DNA of 64,000 nt, from the NCBI GenBank assembly GCA_017624155.1, contig JAGANS010000072.1, forward strand, positions 1,962 through 65,961. The letters are read 5' to 3'. Of the stretch, positions 32,585 through 41,585 are shown piece by piece (position 1 is the stretch's first letter; the number at the start of each line of letters is the position of its first letter). A program made the translations under genes and the position numbers. The notes beneath the pieces are model-generated. The model was not told the origin of the DNA and searched no databases. It worked only from the letters and a program-made list of their open reading frames with translations. This DNA comes from Muribaculaceae bacterium. GTDB lineage: Bacteria > Bacteroidota > Bacteroidia > Bacteroidales > Muribaculaceae.

Positions 32585-33127
32585 TTATTCGGTCGTGAAT
32601 TTATCGGGATATTTACCCTTGAACGGCTTGTAAAAACTCTTGACCCGGAGCATATCGGCCTCGGTATCGCCCGTGGGCTCGAACGTATTATTGATCATGA
32701 CACGTTTGTCGGCATAGTCAATCACGCCGAGCTGTATTGGCACACCGGCCCGCTTGGCAATATGCAGGAATCCTGTATGCCACACCACGGTGCGGCTGCG
32801 TGTGCCCTCCGGAGTGATGGCCAGCTGCATACGCGCCGATGTCCTGAACTTCTCGACCACGATATCGGTGAGCGATACCTTCTTGTTCTTCCGCTCGACA
32901 GGTATACCGCCTATCGCTCTGAAGAAGCAGCCCAGTGGCCAGAAGAACCATTGCGCTTTCATCAGAAATCCCGCGTCGCGCCCTACCGAGGCATAGGCAA
33001 GCTTGCCTATGACGAAATCCCAGTTGCTGGTGTGCGGCGCCACACAGATAATGCACTTGTCCACATCGGGGACGGTTATGGACACCGTCCAGCCCATAAG
33101 GCGTAATATTCGGGCGGCAATATTCAT
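32585..33127 (-). CDS. PlsC-like acyltransferase
   Basis: PHTSNWD (HX4D) and ITPEGTRS. Confidence 0.87.
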   Translation of the reverse strand: MNIAARILRLMGWTVSITVPDVDKCIICVAPHTSNWDFVIGKLAYASVGRDAGFLMKAQWFFWPLGCFFRAIGGIPVERKNKKVSLTDIVVEKFRTSARMQLAITPEGTRSRTVVWHTGFLHIAKRAGVPIQLGVIDYADKRVMINNTFEPTGDTEADMLRVKSFYKPFKGKYPDKFTTE

Positions 33128-33134
33128 CGGCGTA

Positions 33135-33491
33135 TCAGCCGCGCGGGCTTACGAGCACACGCACATCGGCGGGTACAAGTTCGTTCATACGCTTGACGAT
33201 CTCGTACGCCTTGTCGGCGAACTCCTTGCGCAGACGGGCATAAGCGGCAGCCTTGTATGCGTGCAGGGCCTTGTGGTATTCGTGCTCGGAAGCAAAGTCG
33301 CGGCTAACCTTGTCGAAGGCAAACGACACCTTGGACAGCGAATCGATCTTGAGTGCGGCGATATCGGCAAGCACGGCAAGGGCCTTCTCCTCGTCCATTG
33401 AGGGATAGAGGTAAGCTGCATGCTGAATATCATTGGCCAAATCTGAGCAGATGGCGTTAATGCGTTTCTTGAGTTGACGTTTTGAGGACAT
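33135..33491 (-). CDS. Conserved hypothetical helical protein
   Basis: Tightly packed in the thrC operon with host-like codon usage; begins MSSKRQLKKRIN. Confidence 0.7.
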   Translation of the reverse strand: MSSKRQLKKRINAICSDLANDIQHAAYLYPSMDEEKALAVLADIAALKIDSLSKVSFAFDKVSRDFASEHEYHKALHAYKAAAYARLRKEFADKAYEIVKRMNELVPADVRVLVSPRG

Positions 33492-33503
33492 ATCGTTTTA
33501 TGT

Positions 33504-34832
33504 TTAGATGTTAGTCAATGTAGTGAGGAAGCGGCGCAGAGCCGGATAAGTCGGCGGAATCTTGTCAGGTGCAGACCCTTTGCCCATAAAACGGGTAAGC
33601 TGCAGGGGAAGTTCAATCGCACGGCCGGTAATCGAGGTCATTATATCGAGCGACTTGGCCGGATGTGCGGTGGCGAGGACAACGGCGGGAGCTTCGGGTG
33701 AGCCATCTACACCGGCCATGCGCAGGGCACCCAGTGCCGTCGCCGTGTGCGGATCGGCCATATACCGGCTGCGGCACAGTTCGTCGACGATCACATCGGC
33801 GATCTGACTGTCGGACAGACTGGTGGCCGTTATATCGGCGCCCGCTGCCTGACGGCTGCCTCCATACAGGCTTATCAGACGCTCAAGATTGGTAGGATAG
33901 CCTGTATCCATGGCCTTGGCTATGGTCGGCCTGGAGTTCACATTCACCTTGTCGAGCGAAATCTCGCCGTTGAGTATGCGCGGGAAGTCATCGTTAGCGT
34001 TGCAGCCGGCTATTATGCGGCCCATAGGCAGGCCCATGCGCTTGGCCATGACAGCCGCCGTAAGCGAGCTGAGGCATCCGCAGGGGATTGCTACGGTAAA
34101 ACCGTCAGCCTTGCCATAGCGGCTCTTGAGCCTCGAATATGCATAAAAGTAGAATACCACCTGTGGTATGATTCGCAATATATTATGTGTATTGACACAT
34201 ATCGGCTCCACAATCCCTCCGAGTGACGGGTCGCACAGGGCCTCGCGCACCATTTTTTTGCACTGGCTGATATTGCCCGATACATCAAGGGCATGAATAT
34301 TTGCCCCGATAGTAGTGAACATGGCCTGCTCGCTGCGCGAGAGAGCTCCACGCGGGAACAGTATCACCACCGGAATGTCTTTCAGGCCGCCGAAAGCATT
34401 TGCGATTGCCGCACCGGTATTGCCCGTTGTAGCCACTAACGCAACCTTCCTCACATCGCTTCGCTCATGAAAAATCTTGAAAAATTCGGCAAGAAAGCGC
34501 GCTCCTATATCCTTGAAGGCAAGTGTCGGCCCGTCGAAAAGCTCGAGGACGTCGAGACCCGGATGTAGAGTCTTCAGCGGGAATGGAAAACTGAATGTAG
34601 CATCGACTATGGCCTTGAGTCTGGCAAGGTCGACGTCACTGCCAAGGAGGTTTGATACTACTACATACGCAACCTCGCGGAGGTTCATCTCATCGATATT
34701 ATTGAAGAGAGCACGCGGTATCTGTGGCATACTCTCAGGAAGATACAGAGACCCGTCGGGCGCGATACTGTGAAGTACGGCACCGCGGAGATCGGTCGAG
34801 TGTGTGCTGGTTGTACTGATATATCTCATCAT
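33504..34832 (-). CDS. thrC: Threonine synthase-like PLP enzyme (divergent)
   Basis: APDGSLYLP, LELFDGPTLAFKD (PLP Lys), DPHTA and ATAHPAK; -7 TAACTTTG at 34850-34857. Confidence 0.8.
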   Translation of the reverse strand: MMRYISTTSTHSTDLRGAVLHSIAPDGSLYLPESMPQIPRALFNNIDEMNLREVAYVVVSNLLGSDVDLARLKAIVDATFSFPFPLKTLHPGLDVLELFDGPTLAFKDIGARFLAEFFKIFHERSDVRKVALVATTGNTGAAIANAFGGLKDIPVVILFPRGALSRSEQAMFTTIGANIHALDVSGNISQCKKMVREALCDPSLGGIVEPICVNTHNILRIIPQVVFYFYAYSRLKSRYGKADGFTVAIPCGCLSSLTAAVMAKRMGLPMGRIIAGCNANDDFPRILNGEISLDKVNVNSRPTIAKAMDTGYPTNLERLISLYGGSRQAAGADITATSLSDSQIADVIVDELCRSRYMADPHTATALGALRMAGVDGSPEAPAVVLATAHPAKSLDIMTSITGRAIELPLQLTRFMGKGSAPDKIPPTYPALRRFLTTLTNI

Positions 34833-34930
34833 TCAGTATTAGCGATACGCAAAGTTAACTAAAATTTTTAATTCCGCAAACCATTGCACAGGCCGTTTGT
34901 TTTATTTTTAGAAATATAATACGCAACACT

Positions 34931-35974
34931 ATGAAAATTCTTCGCACTGCTCTTCTTTTGGCCGCAGCCGCTCTCACTGCATGTCAGGCGCTGGCCTGTT
35001 CGCGCGTGGTATTCCGCGGCGACAGCACCGATGTGGTGATGGTGGGCCGCACGCTCGACTGGCGTACCCCGATTCCTACTAATATATATGTGTATCCTGC
35101 CGGGATATCAAAAGTAAGTATGCCCTCAGGTCCGCGGCTCGAATGGACGTCAAGATACGGTTCGGTGCTTGCCGTGGGTTATGACGGCGGCGTCACCGAG
35201 GGTATGAACGACCAAGGCCTGGTAGTCAACGGACTATTCTGCAAAGTATCCACTTATAGGGAAGCCCCCGCAGGCTCCGATATGCCTGTAATGAGTCTGG
35301 CCGTGATTGTCAGCTATTTCCTCGACAACTTCCGGACTGTGGACGAGGTGCAGTACTGGCTCGAGAACAATGAATTCGGCATCTCGGGCAAAACGTTCGA
35401 CGGCGGCACAGTGTCGCTGCTCCACTGGGGCTTCACCGACCGCAGCGGCAAGACTCTCATTATGGAATATGATGCAGGTAAGCTCAATATATACGCCTCC
35501 AAGGATTATCAGGTGCTGACCAACGACCCGGTGTTTCCCTCAATGCTGGCTATCGACAGTTATTGGAAACAGGTCGGCGGTATGAACTTCCTGCCCGGCG
35601 GTGTCCGCTCCACCGACCGCTTTGCCCGCGCCGATTATTTTATCCACCATATTCCCACGGCACACAAGACTTCGGCCGAGGCACTGCCCGAGCTGATGTC
35701 AATTATGGTAAATGTGAGCGTTCCATTCAATTATGAGATTCCCGGTCAACCGGAATTATCGACCACACAGTGGCTCACCGTGAGCGATGTGAACCGTGGC
35801 CGATATTACATGAAGTTTGCCGATTCGGAGGGTGCATTCTATGTCGATCTGTCACGTCTGTCGCTTCATCCCGGCTCGCCGGTGCTCAAGCTCGACACCT
35901 CACGCCACACAGATTTCTTCGGCTGTATGAACGACCGTCTTTTAAAATCCCGCCCTTTCAATCCGATGTGGTGA
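34931..35974 (+). CDS. Choloylglycine hydrolase family (bile salt hydrolase / penicillin V acylase-like), secreted
   Basis: Signal peptide ALA|CSRV with N-terminal Cys, GRTLDW, EGMNDQGL, LTNDP and LPGG..STDRF.RA. Confidence 0.88.
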   Translation: MKILRTALLLAAAALTACQALACSRVVFRGDSTDVVMVGRTLDWRTPIPTNIYVYPAGISKVSMPSGPRLEWTSRYGSVLAVGYDGGVTEGMNDQGLVVNGLFCKVSTYREAPAGSDMPVMSLAVIVSYFLDNFRTVDEVQYWLENNEFGISGKTFDGGTVSLLHWGFTDRSGKTLIMEYDAGKLNIYASKDYQVLTNDPVFPSMLAIDSYWKQVGGMNFLPGGVRSTDRFARADYFIHHIPTAHKTSAEALPELMSIMVNVSVPFNYEIPGQPELSTTQWLTVSDVNRGRYYMKFADSEGAFYVDLSRLSLHPGSPVLKLDTSRHTDFFGCMNDRLLKSRPFNPMW

Positions 35975-36007
35975 TCCGATAAAATATCATTAATGTTCAT
36001 AAAATTT

Positions 36008-36040
36008 CGCGTATGCGGTTCGCCACATGCGCGTTTTTTT
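36008..36040 (+). terminator. Intrinsic terminator after the hydrolase gene
   Basis: CGCGTATG...CATGCGCG plus T7; the dnaE -7 (TACCTTTG, 36042-49) follows immediately. Confidence 0.7.
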
Positions 36041-36073
36041 GTACCTTTGGAGTCTCTAATATCATATCGACGC

Positions 36074-39000
36074 ATGAGCAAATTCGTACATCTTCACGTT
36101 CACAGTCAGTATTCACTCCTCGACGGACAAGCCGCCATTCCAGCCATTGTCGACAAGGCCATTGCCGACGGAATGCCCGGTGTAGCCCTTACCGACCACG
36201 GCGTGATGTACGGTATCAAGGAGTTCACCAACTACGTAAACAAGAAGAACAAGCCTGTACAGGGCGAGATAAAAGACCTCGGCAAGCGTCTCAAGCAGCT
36301 ACAGGCAGGCGAGGCTCCGGCCAAGGGCGAAAGCATCGAAGGTATAGAAGCTAAGATAGCCGAACTCAAGGGCCGTATATTCAAGCCCATCATCGGATGC
36401 GAAATGTATGTGGCTGAGGGCAGCATGCTCGAACGCAACGACAAGCGAGACACCGGCCGGCATCTCATAGTGCTCGCCAAAAACTATACCGGGTACCGCA
36501 ACCTCATCAAACTCGTATCCAAGGCATGGACCCAGGGCTTCTACTTCCACCCGCGCACCGATCATGAGCAGTTCCTGCAACACCACGAAGGTCTCATAGT
36601 TTGCTCGGCCTGCCTCGGCGGCGAGATACCCAAGTTGCTGGTACGTGGCGATATCGAGGAAGCCGAACGGCGCGTCAGGTGGTGGAAAGACCTCATGGGC
36701 GACGATTACTATCTGGAATTGCAACGTCACAAAGCTACTGTGCCACGTGCCAACCACGAGGTGTACGAGCTGCAGAAGCAGATCGAGCCCGAGATTATCC
36801 GCATAGCTCAGAAATACGGCATCAAACTCATTGCTACCAATGATTCACACTTTGTCAACGAGGAGGACGCCGAGGCGCACGACCACCTGATATGCATCTC
36901 GACCAAGGCCGACCTCAACGACGAAAAGCGCATGCTCTACACCAAGCAGGAGTGGTTCAAGACCACTGACGAGATGAGCCGCCTCTTCGCCGACATCCCG
37001 GAGGTGATCTCCAACACTCTCGAAATCGTCGACAAGGTGGAGATATACAGTATCGACCACGGCCCTATCATGCCCAACTTTGCCATCCCGGCCGAATTCG
37101 GCTCGGAAGACGAATACCGGCAGCGCCTTACCGAGGAGGATCTGTTCAACGAGTTCACCCGCGACGAAAAGGGTAACGTGGTGCTCTCGCAGGCCGATGC
37201 CGAAGCAAAGATTGCCAGGCTCGGCGGATATGAGAAACTATATCGTATCAAATTTGAGGCCGACTATCTGCGAAAACTCGCCTATGAGGGCGCCGAGAAA
37301 CTCTATCCCACCCCCTTCAGCGACGAATTGCGTGAGCGCATCGACTTCGAACTGTACATCATGAAGACCATGGGCTTCCCGGGTTACTTCCTCATCGTGC
37401 AGGACTTCATCCGCGCCGGCCGCGAGAAGCTCGACGTCTCCATCGGTCCGGGCCGTGGATCGGCAGCCGGCTCGGTCGTGGCCTACTGCCTCGGCATCAC
37501 CAAGATCGACCCGCTGAAGTATGATCTGCTGTTTGAACGTTTCCTCAACCCTGACCGTATTTCGCTCCCCGATATCGACGTTGACTTCGACGACGACGGC
37601 CGCGCCCGCGTACTCAAATATGTTACAGAGAAATACGGTGAGCCAAATGTGGCGCACATCATCACATACGGCACTATGGCTGCCAAATCGGCCATCAAGG
37701 ACGTAGCCCGCGTGGAACAGCTGTCTATACCCGAAGCCAACCGACTCACCAAGCTAATACCGGCTCACATGCCGATGAAAAACGGCAAAGAGTTAAAGCC
37801 AACCTTATCCAACTGCTACGAATACGTACCGGAGTTTCAGGCCGAACTTCAGAGTCACAATCCTCTAATCACCAACACACTGAAATACGCCAAGTCGCTC
37901 GAGGGCAACGTACGCAATACAGGGGTACATGCCTGCGGCGTCATAATATGCCGCGACGATGTAAGCGACTGGGTACCCGTATCCACTGCCGACGACAAGG
38001 AGGAGGGCAAACTGCTCGTAACCCAGTATGAAGGCTCTGTAATCGAGGAAACAGGCCTCATCAAGATGGACTTCCTCGGCCTCAAGACTCTCTCGATAAT
38101 AAAAACAGCGATAGCCAATGTAAAAGCCCATACCGGCGAGGACCTGGATATTGACTCGATCGACATCACCGATCCGCTCACCTACGAACTCTACTCGGCC
38201 GGGCGCACTGTAGGCACGTTCCAGTTCGAGTCGGCCGGCATGCAGAAGTATCTGCGCGAGCTCAAGCCCTCGACATTCGAGGACCTCATAGCCATGAATG
38301 CCCTCTACCGTCCGGGGCCTATGGATTATATACCCGACTTCATCGACCGCAAGCATGGCCGCAAGCCCATCGAGTATGACCTCGACGTGATGGAACGCTA
38401 TCTCAAGGATACCTACGGCGTTACCGTATATCAGGAGCAGGTCATGCTGCTGTCGCGACTGCTCGCCAATTTCACCCGCGGCGAGAGCGACACCCTGCGC
38501 AAGGCAATGGGTAAGAAACTCATCGACAAGATGAACGCCCTCAAGACCAAATTCCTTGCCGGCGGCCAGGCCAACGGCCATGACCCCAAAATCCTCGAAA
38601 AGATATGGGCCGACTGGGAGAAGTTCGCCTCATACGCCTTCAACAAGTCACACGCCACCTGCTACTCATGGGTTGCATACCAGACCGGCTATCTCAAGGC
38701 CCACTACCCCGCCGAATACATGGCCGCCGTGCTCACGCACAACCGCGCCGACTCGGCCAAGCTCGTCAACTTCATGGACGAATGCAAGAGCATGGGCATC
38801 ACTGTCAAGGGCCCCGACGTCAATGAATCGGTGCGCGACTTCGGTGTTACGACAGGCGGCGACATCCGCTTCGGACTCTCGGCCATCTCGGGTATCGGCG
38901 ACACGGTCGTAGACGAAATCGTTAAGGCGCGTGGCGACGAACCCTTCAAGGACATATACGATTTTGTGGAGCGAGTGCCATCGCAGTCGATCAACCGGCG

Positions 39001-39883
39001 CGTGTTCGAGAACCTTGCTTTGGCCGGTGCATTCGACTGCTTCGGCCAGTTCAAGCGCGAGGATCTCGTCGACGACGGAGGCGGTCACCCGGGTGACTCC
39101 ACACCCGAGATACTGCTGCGCTACGGATCCCTGCATCAGAATGCAATGCGCAAGCAGGAGGCCTCGCTGTTTGACTTCGACGACGAGCAACTCAACACCG
39201 AGGCCCGTCCACGCATTCTCCCGGCTCCGGAATGGAGTCAGATAGTGCGCCTCGACAAGGAGCGCGAACTCGTAGGCATGTACCTGTCGGCACATCCGCT
39301 CGACCCATATTACATCGAGCTTAATTATGGCACGACATTCCGCCTTGCCGAGCGCGACGACTCGCCGCACACCGACGGCCAGGAAGTGTGCTTCGGCGGC
39401 ATAGTCACCGAGCGCACCGAGCGTACCACCCGCCAGGGCAAGCAGATGCTCATCATCAAGCTCGAGGACTTCTCGGGCACCACCGAGATAATAATGTTTG
39501 AGGAGCAGATGCGCGAATACGGACACTATGTGGCCGTAGGACGCCCGATCCTGGTGCGGGGCGTTTACAAGGCCAACCGCTTCAACGGCGAGCTGCGTTT
39601 CAATATCACCTCGATCCGCCCGCTCGACGATTTCAAGGGCAAGATGGTGCAGGAACTCAACGTCAATCTCACCCGCTCGCAATGCCACTCCGAAATCTCC
39701 GACATGATTCTCGGCCAGCTCAACGAGGGCGAGGGACAGCCTGTCACCCTCAACTTCCTCATTGATACCCAGCTCGAGGGCCGCACACAGAAACTCAAAC
39801 TGTCGTCGGGCAAGCACATTCGCGTCAACCGGCAATTTCTCAAGAAACTCACCGACCAGGAAATTCAATTCAATCTAAACTAA
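36074..39883 (+). CDS. dnaE: DNA polymerase III alpha subunit
   Basis: PHP HLHVHSQYSLLDG, GRGSAAGS, PDIDVDF, KMDFLGL and YAFNKSH; ATG at 36074. Confidence 0.98.
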   Translation: MSKFVHLHVHSQYSLLDGQAAIPAIVDKAIADGMPGVALTDHGVMYGIKEFTNYVNKKNKPVQGEIKDLGKRLKQLQAGEAPAKGESIEGIEAKIAELKGRIFKPIIGCEMYVAEGSMLERNDKRDTGRHLIVLAKNYTGYRNLIKLVSKAWTQGFYFHPRTDHEQFLQHHEGLIVCSACLGGEIPKLLVRGDIEEAERRVRWWKDLMGDDYYLELQRHKATVPRANHEVYELQKQIEPEIIRIAQKYGIKLIATNDSHFVNEEDAEAHDHLICISTKADLNDEKRMLYTKQEWFKTTDEMSRLFADIPEVISNTLEIVDKVEIYSIDHGPIMPNFAIPAEFGSEDEYRQRLTEEDLFNEFTRDEKGNVVLSQADAEAKIARLGGYEKLYRIKFEADYLRKLAYEGAEKLYPTPFSDELRERIDFELYIMKTMGFPGYFLIVQDFIRAGREKLDVSIGPGRGSAAGSVVAYCLGITKIDPLKYDLLFERFLNPDRISLPDIDVDFDDDGRARVLKYVTEKYGEPNVAHIITYGTMAAKSAIKDVARVEQLSIPEANRLTKLIPAHMPMKNGKELKPTLSNCYEYVPEFQAELQSHNPLITNTLKYAKSLEGNVRNTGVHACGVIICRDDVSDWVPVSTADDKEEGKLLVTQYEGSVIEETGLIKMDFLGLKTLSIIKTAIANVKAHTGEDLDIDSIDITDPLTYELYSAGRTVGTFQFESAGMQKYLRELKPSTFEDLIAMNALYRPGPMDYIPDFIDRKHGRKPIEYDLDVMERYLKDTYGVTVYQEQVMLLSRLLANFTRGESDTLRKAMGKKLIDKMNALKTKFLAGGQANGHDPKILEKIWADWEKFASYAFNKSHATCYSWVAYQTGYLKAHYPAEYMAAVLTHNRADSAKLVNFMDECKSMGITVKGPDVNESVRDFGVTTGGDIRFGLSAISGIGDTVVDEIVKARGDEPFKDIYDFVERVPSQSINRRVFENLALAGAFDCFGQFKREDLVDDGGGHPGDSTPEILLRYGSLHQNAMRKQEASLFDFDDEQLNTEARPRILPAPEWSQIVRLDKERELVGMYLSAHPLDPYYIELNYGTTFRLAERDDSPHTDGQEVCFGGIVTERTERTTRQGKQMLIIKLEDFSGTTEIIMFEEQMREYGHYVAVGRPILVRGVYKANRFNGELRFNITSIRPLDDFKGKMVQELNVNLTRSQCHSEISDMILGQLNEGEGQPVTLNFLIDTQLEGRTQKLKLSSGKHIRVNRQFLKKLTDQEIQFNLN

Positions 39884-39894
39884 TATATCTTAAA

Positions 39895-40218
39895 ATGGCA
39901 AAAAACTTTACTGACGAAAACGTCAAAGAAATCATCGCCACCGGCAAGCCCGTCATTATCGACTTCTGGGCCACATGGTGCGGTCCCTGCATGGGCATGG
40001 CTCCGCTGATCGACCGCCTGTCCGAAGAATACGAAAGCCGCGTCGAGATCGGCAAATACAACATCGACGAGGAGAGCGATCTCACCACCGAATACCGCAT
40101 AATGTCCATCCCCACCCTGCTCTTCTTCAAGAACGGCAAAAAGACCGACATCCGCCTCGCCGGCTCACAGACCGAAGCCACCCTCCGCGCCAAGATCGAC
40201 GAGCTTCTCGCGCTCTGA
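39895..40218 (+). CDS. trxA: Thioredoxin
   Basis: DFWATWCGPC and MSIPT. Confidence 0.95.
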   Translation: MAKNFTDENVKEIIATGKPVIIDFWATWCGPCMGMAPLIDRLSEEYESRVEIGKYNIDEESDLTTEYRIMSIPTLLFFKNGKKTDIRLAGSQTEATLRAKIDELLAL

Positions 40219-40228
40219 ATACATAAAC

Positions 40229-40286
40229 TGCAAATATAAAAAGAATCTTCGCCATCAACTGCAGCGAAGATTCTTTTATATTTGCA
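40229..40286. terminator. Long inverted repeat between convergent trxA and serpin, a bidirectional terminator
   Basis: TGCAAATATAAAAAGAATCTTCGC pairs with GCGAAGATTCTTTTATATTTGCA with one bulge. Confidence 0.75.
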
Positions 40287-40295
40287 CCTAATAGC

Positions 40296-41564
40296 TTAGA
40301 GGTTACAGATTCGGCCTATACCGATCACACTGTTGAGTTTATGATAAGTCAATACGAACATGAACGGACGGTCGAAACGCATCGTCACCTCATTCTCAGG
40401 ATAATATCCGGCGCCCTTAAGTACGTTCACAGCCGTTGCAGCCGTTAATCTGACTTCATTCTCATCAACTGAGAAATCCGTCTGTTGGAACGCCGTCAAT
40501 TTATTAGGACCCATCCAGTTATGCTGTATTTTGCCAAGTTTGTCAAGAGTCACTCCCTCATTTTCATCAGCCCACAATCCAAGATGCTCATATATCGGCA
40601 AAAGGTTTAATTTATTTGTCACTTCAAAGCGTGGGAAAAACAGTTTTACGGTATATAGGCTTAATTGATCAACAGCCTTATTCCATTCATCATACGACAA
40701 AGATTTAGAAAGATCGCTAATTTCTACACCTTCCGCCGGCAAAATCAGTGATAAATCCCAGTAGTTTGTCAGGGCAGTTTTTATCATCTCAAACCGGTCA
40801 GTCTTGGTATATGATGCAGTTTCTTTCTTATACATCATGTCGACATTACCATTTCGCTCGGTACCGAAAAATTCGGCCGGCTCGGTCTCGCCTTCGTAGA
40901 ATGGCTGAAACCATGTGGCTCGAAACTGCAATGTATTAAAGATGTACACTAAATCTAATGGGAATGTCTTGTCGATGAATTCTGAAATCTCTCCTTTTGT
41001 GCGATCGCTAACCCAGGCATTCATAAGCTTCACTGTTTCGGGATCATCAAACAAGACTCCATTTACATCGGCATAATAGTTCTGCCTCATCTGCTTTGGA
41101 TAATCCTTATTCAGTTTACAAAAATACTTAGAATACCATACAGAATTATAGAGATTCAAGCTTTTGTTGGACGACAGATACCTCAGAAGCTTATTATTTA
41201 CGATATTGAATGTCGACAAGTCGGAGCAGCCATTCATAGCCATAATGTCATTGCTCATCTTGTCTCCGCAACTGTTGGCCAACATCGCAAGAGTGAACGA
41301 TGCGCTCAGCGGTGAGAATACAAAGTTATCGTCATCGCCACCACATACTTTATCATAGTTATCGGCAATAGCATTGGCGAATTCAAAGCCGAGCTTATCG
41401 ATTCCTTCTTTAACTCCGGATTCTTCAACAGTAATCGCCAATTCATCCATTGGAGGAATCTCGCCGCCCTCATACCAGCCGTCGTACTTCCCTTCATTTT
41501 CGTCTGAGCAACTGCCCAAAAAGGCACCGCCAAGCAGACACGCCATAATCAGTTTAAATTTCAT
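40296..41564 (-). CDS. Serpin family lipoprotein
   Basis: Lipobox LGS|C; NFVFSPLS, MNAWVSDRTKGEI, NTLQFRATWFQPF, VDMM, LILP, FPRFEV and FDRPFMF serpin signatures. Confidence 0.9.
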   Translation of the reverse strand: MKFKLIMACLLGGAFLGSCSDENEGKYDGWYEGGEIPPMDELAITVEESGVKEGIDKLGFEFANAIADNYDKVCGGDDDNFVFSPLSASFTLAMLANSCGDKMSNDIMAMNGCSDLSTFNIVNNKLLRYLSSNKSLNLYNSVWYSKYFCKLNKDYPKQMRQNYYADVNGVLFDDPETVKLMNAWVSDRTKGEISEFIDKTFPLDLVYIFNTLQFRATWFQPFYEGETEPAEFFGTERNGNVDMMYKKETASYTKTDRFEMIKTALTNYWDLSLILPAEGVEISDLSKSLSYDEWNKAVDQLSLYTVKLFFPRFEVTNKLNLLPIYEHLGLWADENEGVTLDKLGKIQHNWMGPNKLTAFQQTDFSVDENEVRLTAATAVNVLKGAGYYPENEVTMRFDRPFMFVLTYHKLNSVIGIGRICNL

Positions 41565-41585
41565 ATATAAGGATATAATACATTG

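Noticed and set aside
36240-36380. Coiled-coil insertion in the DnaE PHP domain as a possible intein or mobile insert
   Set aside because: It is only about 40 aa, has no splice-junction or endonuclease motifs, and shows host-like codon usage.
38666-39868. Long antisense ORFs (this 400-aa one, plus 55572..56924, 26303..27235, 10847..11764 and similar)
   Set aside because: They mirror well-conserved genes with strong third-position GC bias, which removes stops on the opposite strand, and carry no recognisable motifs.
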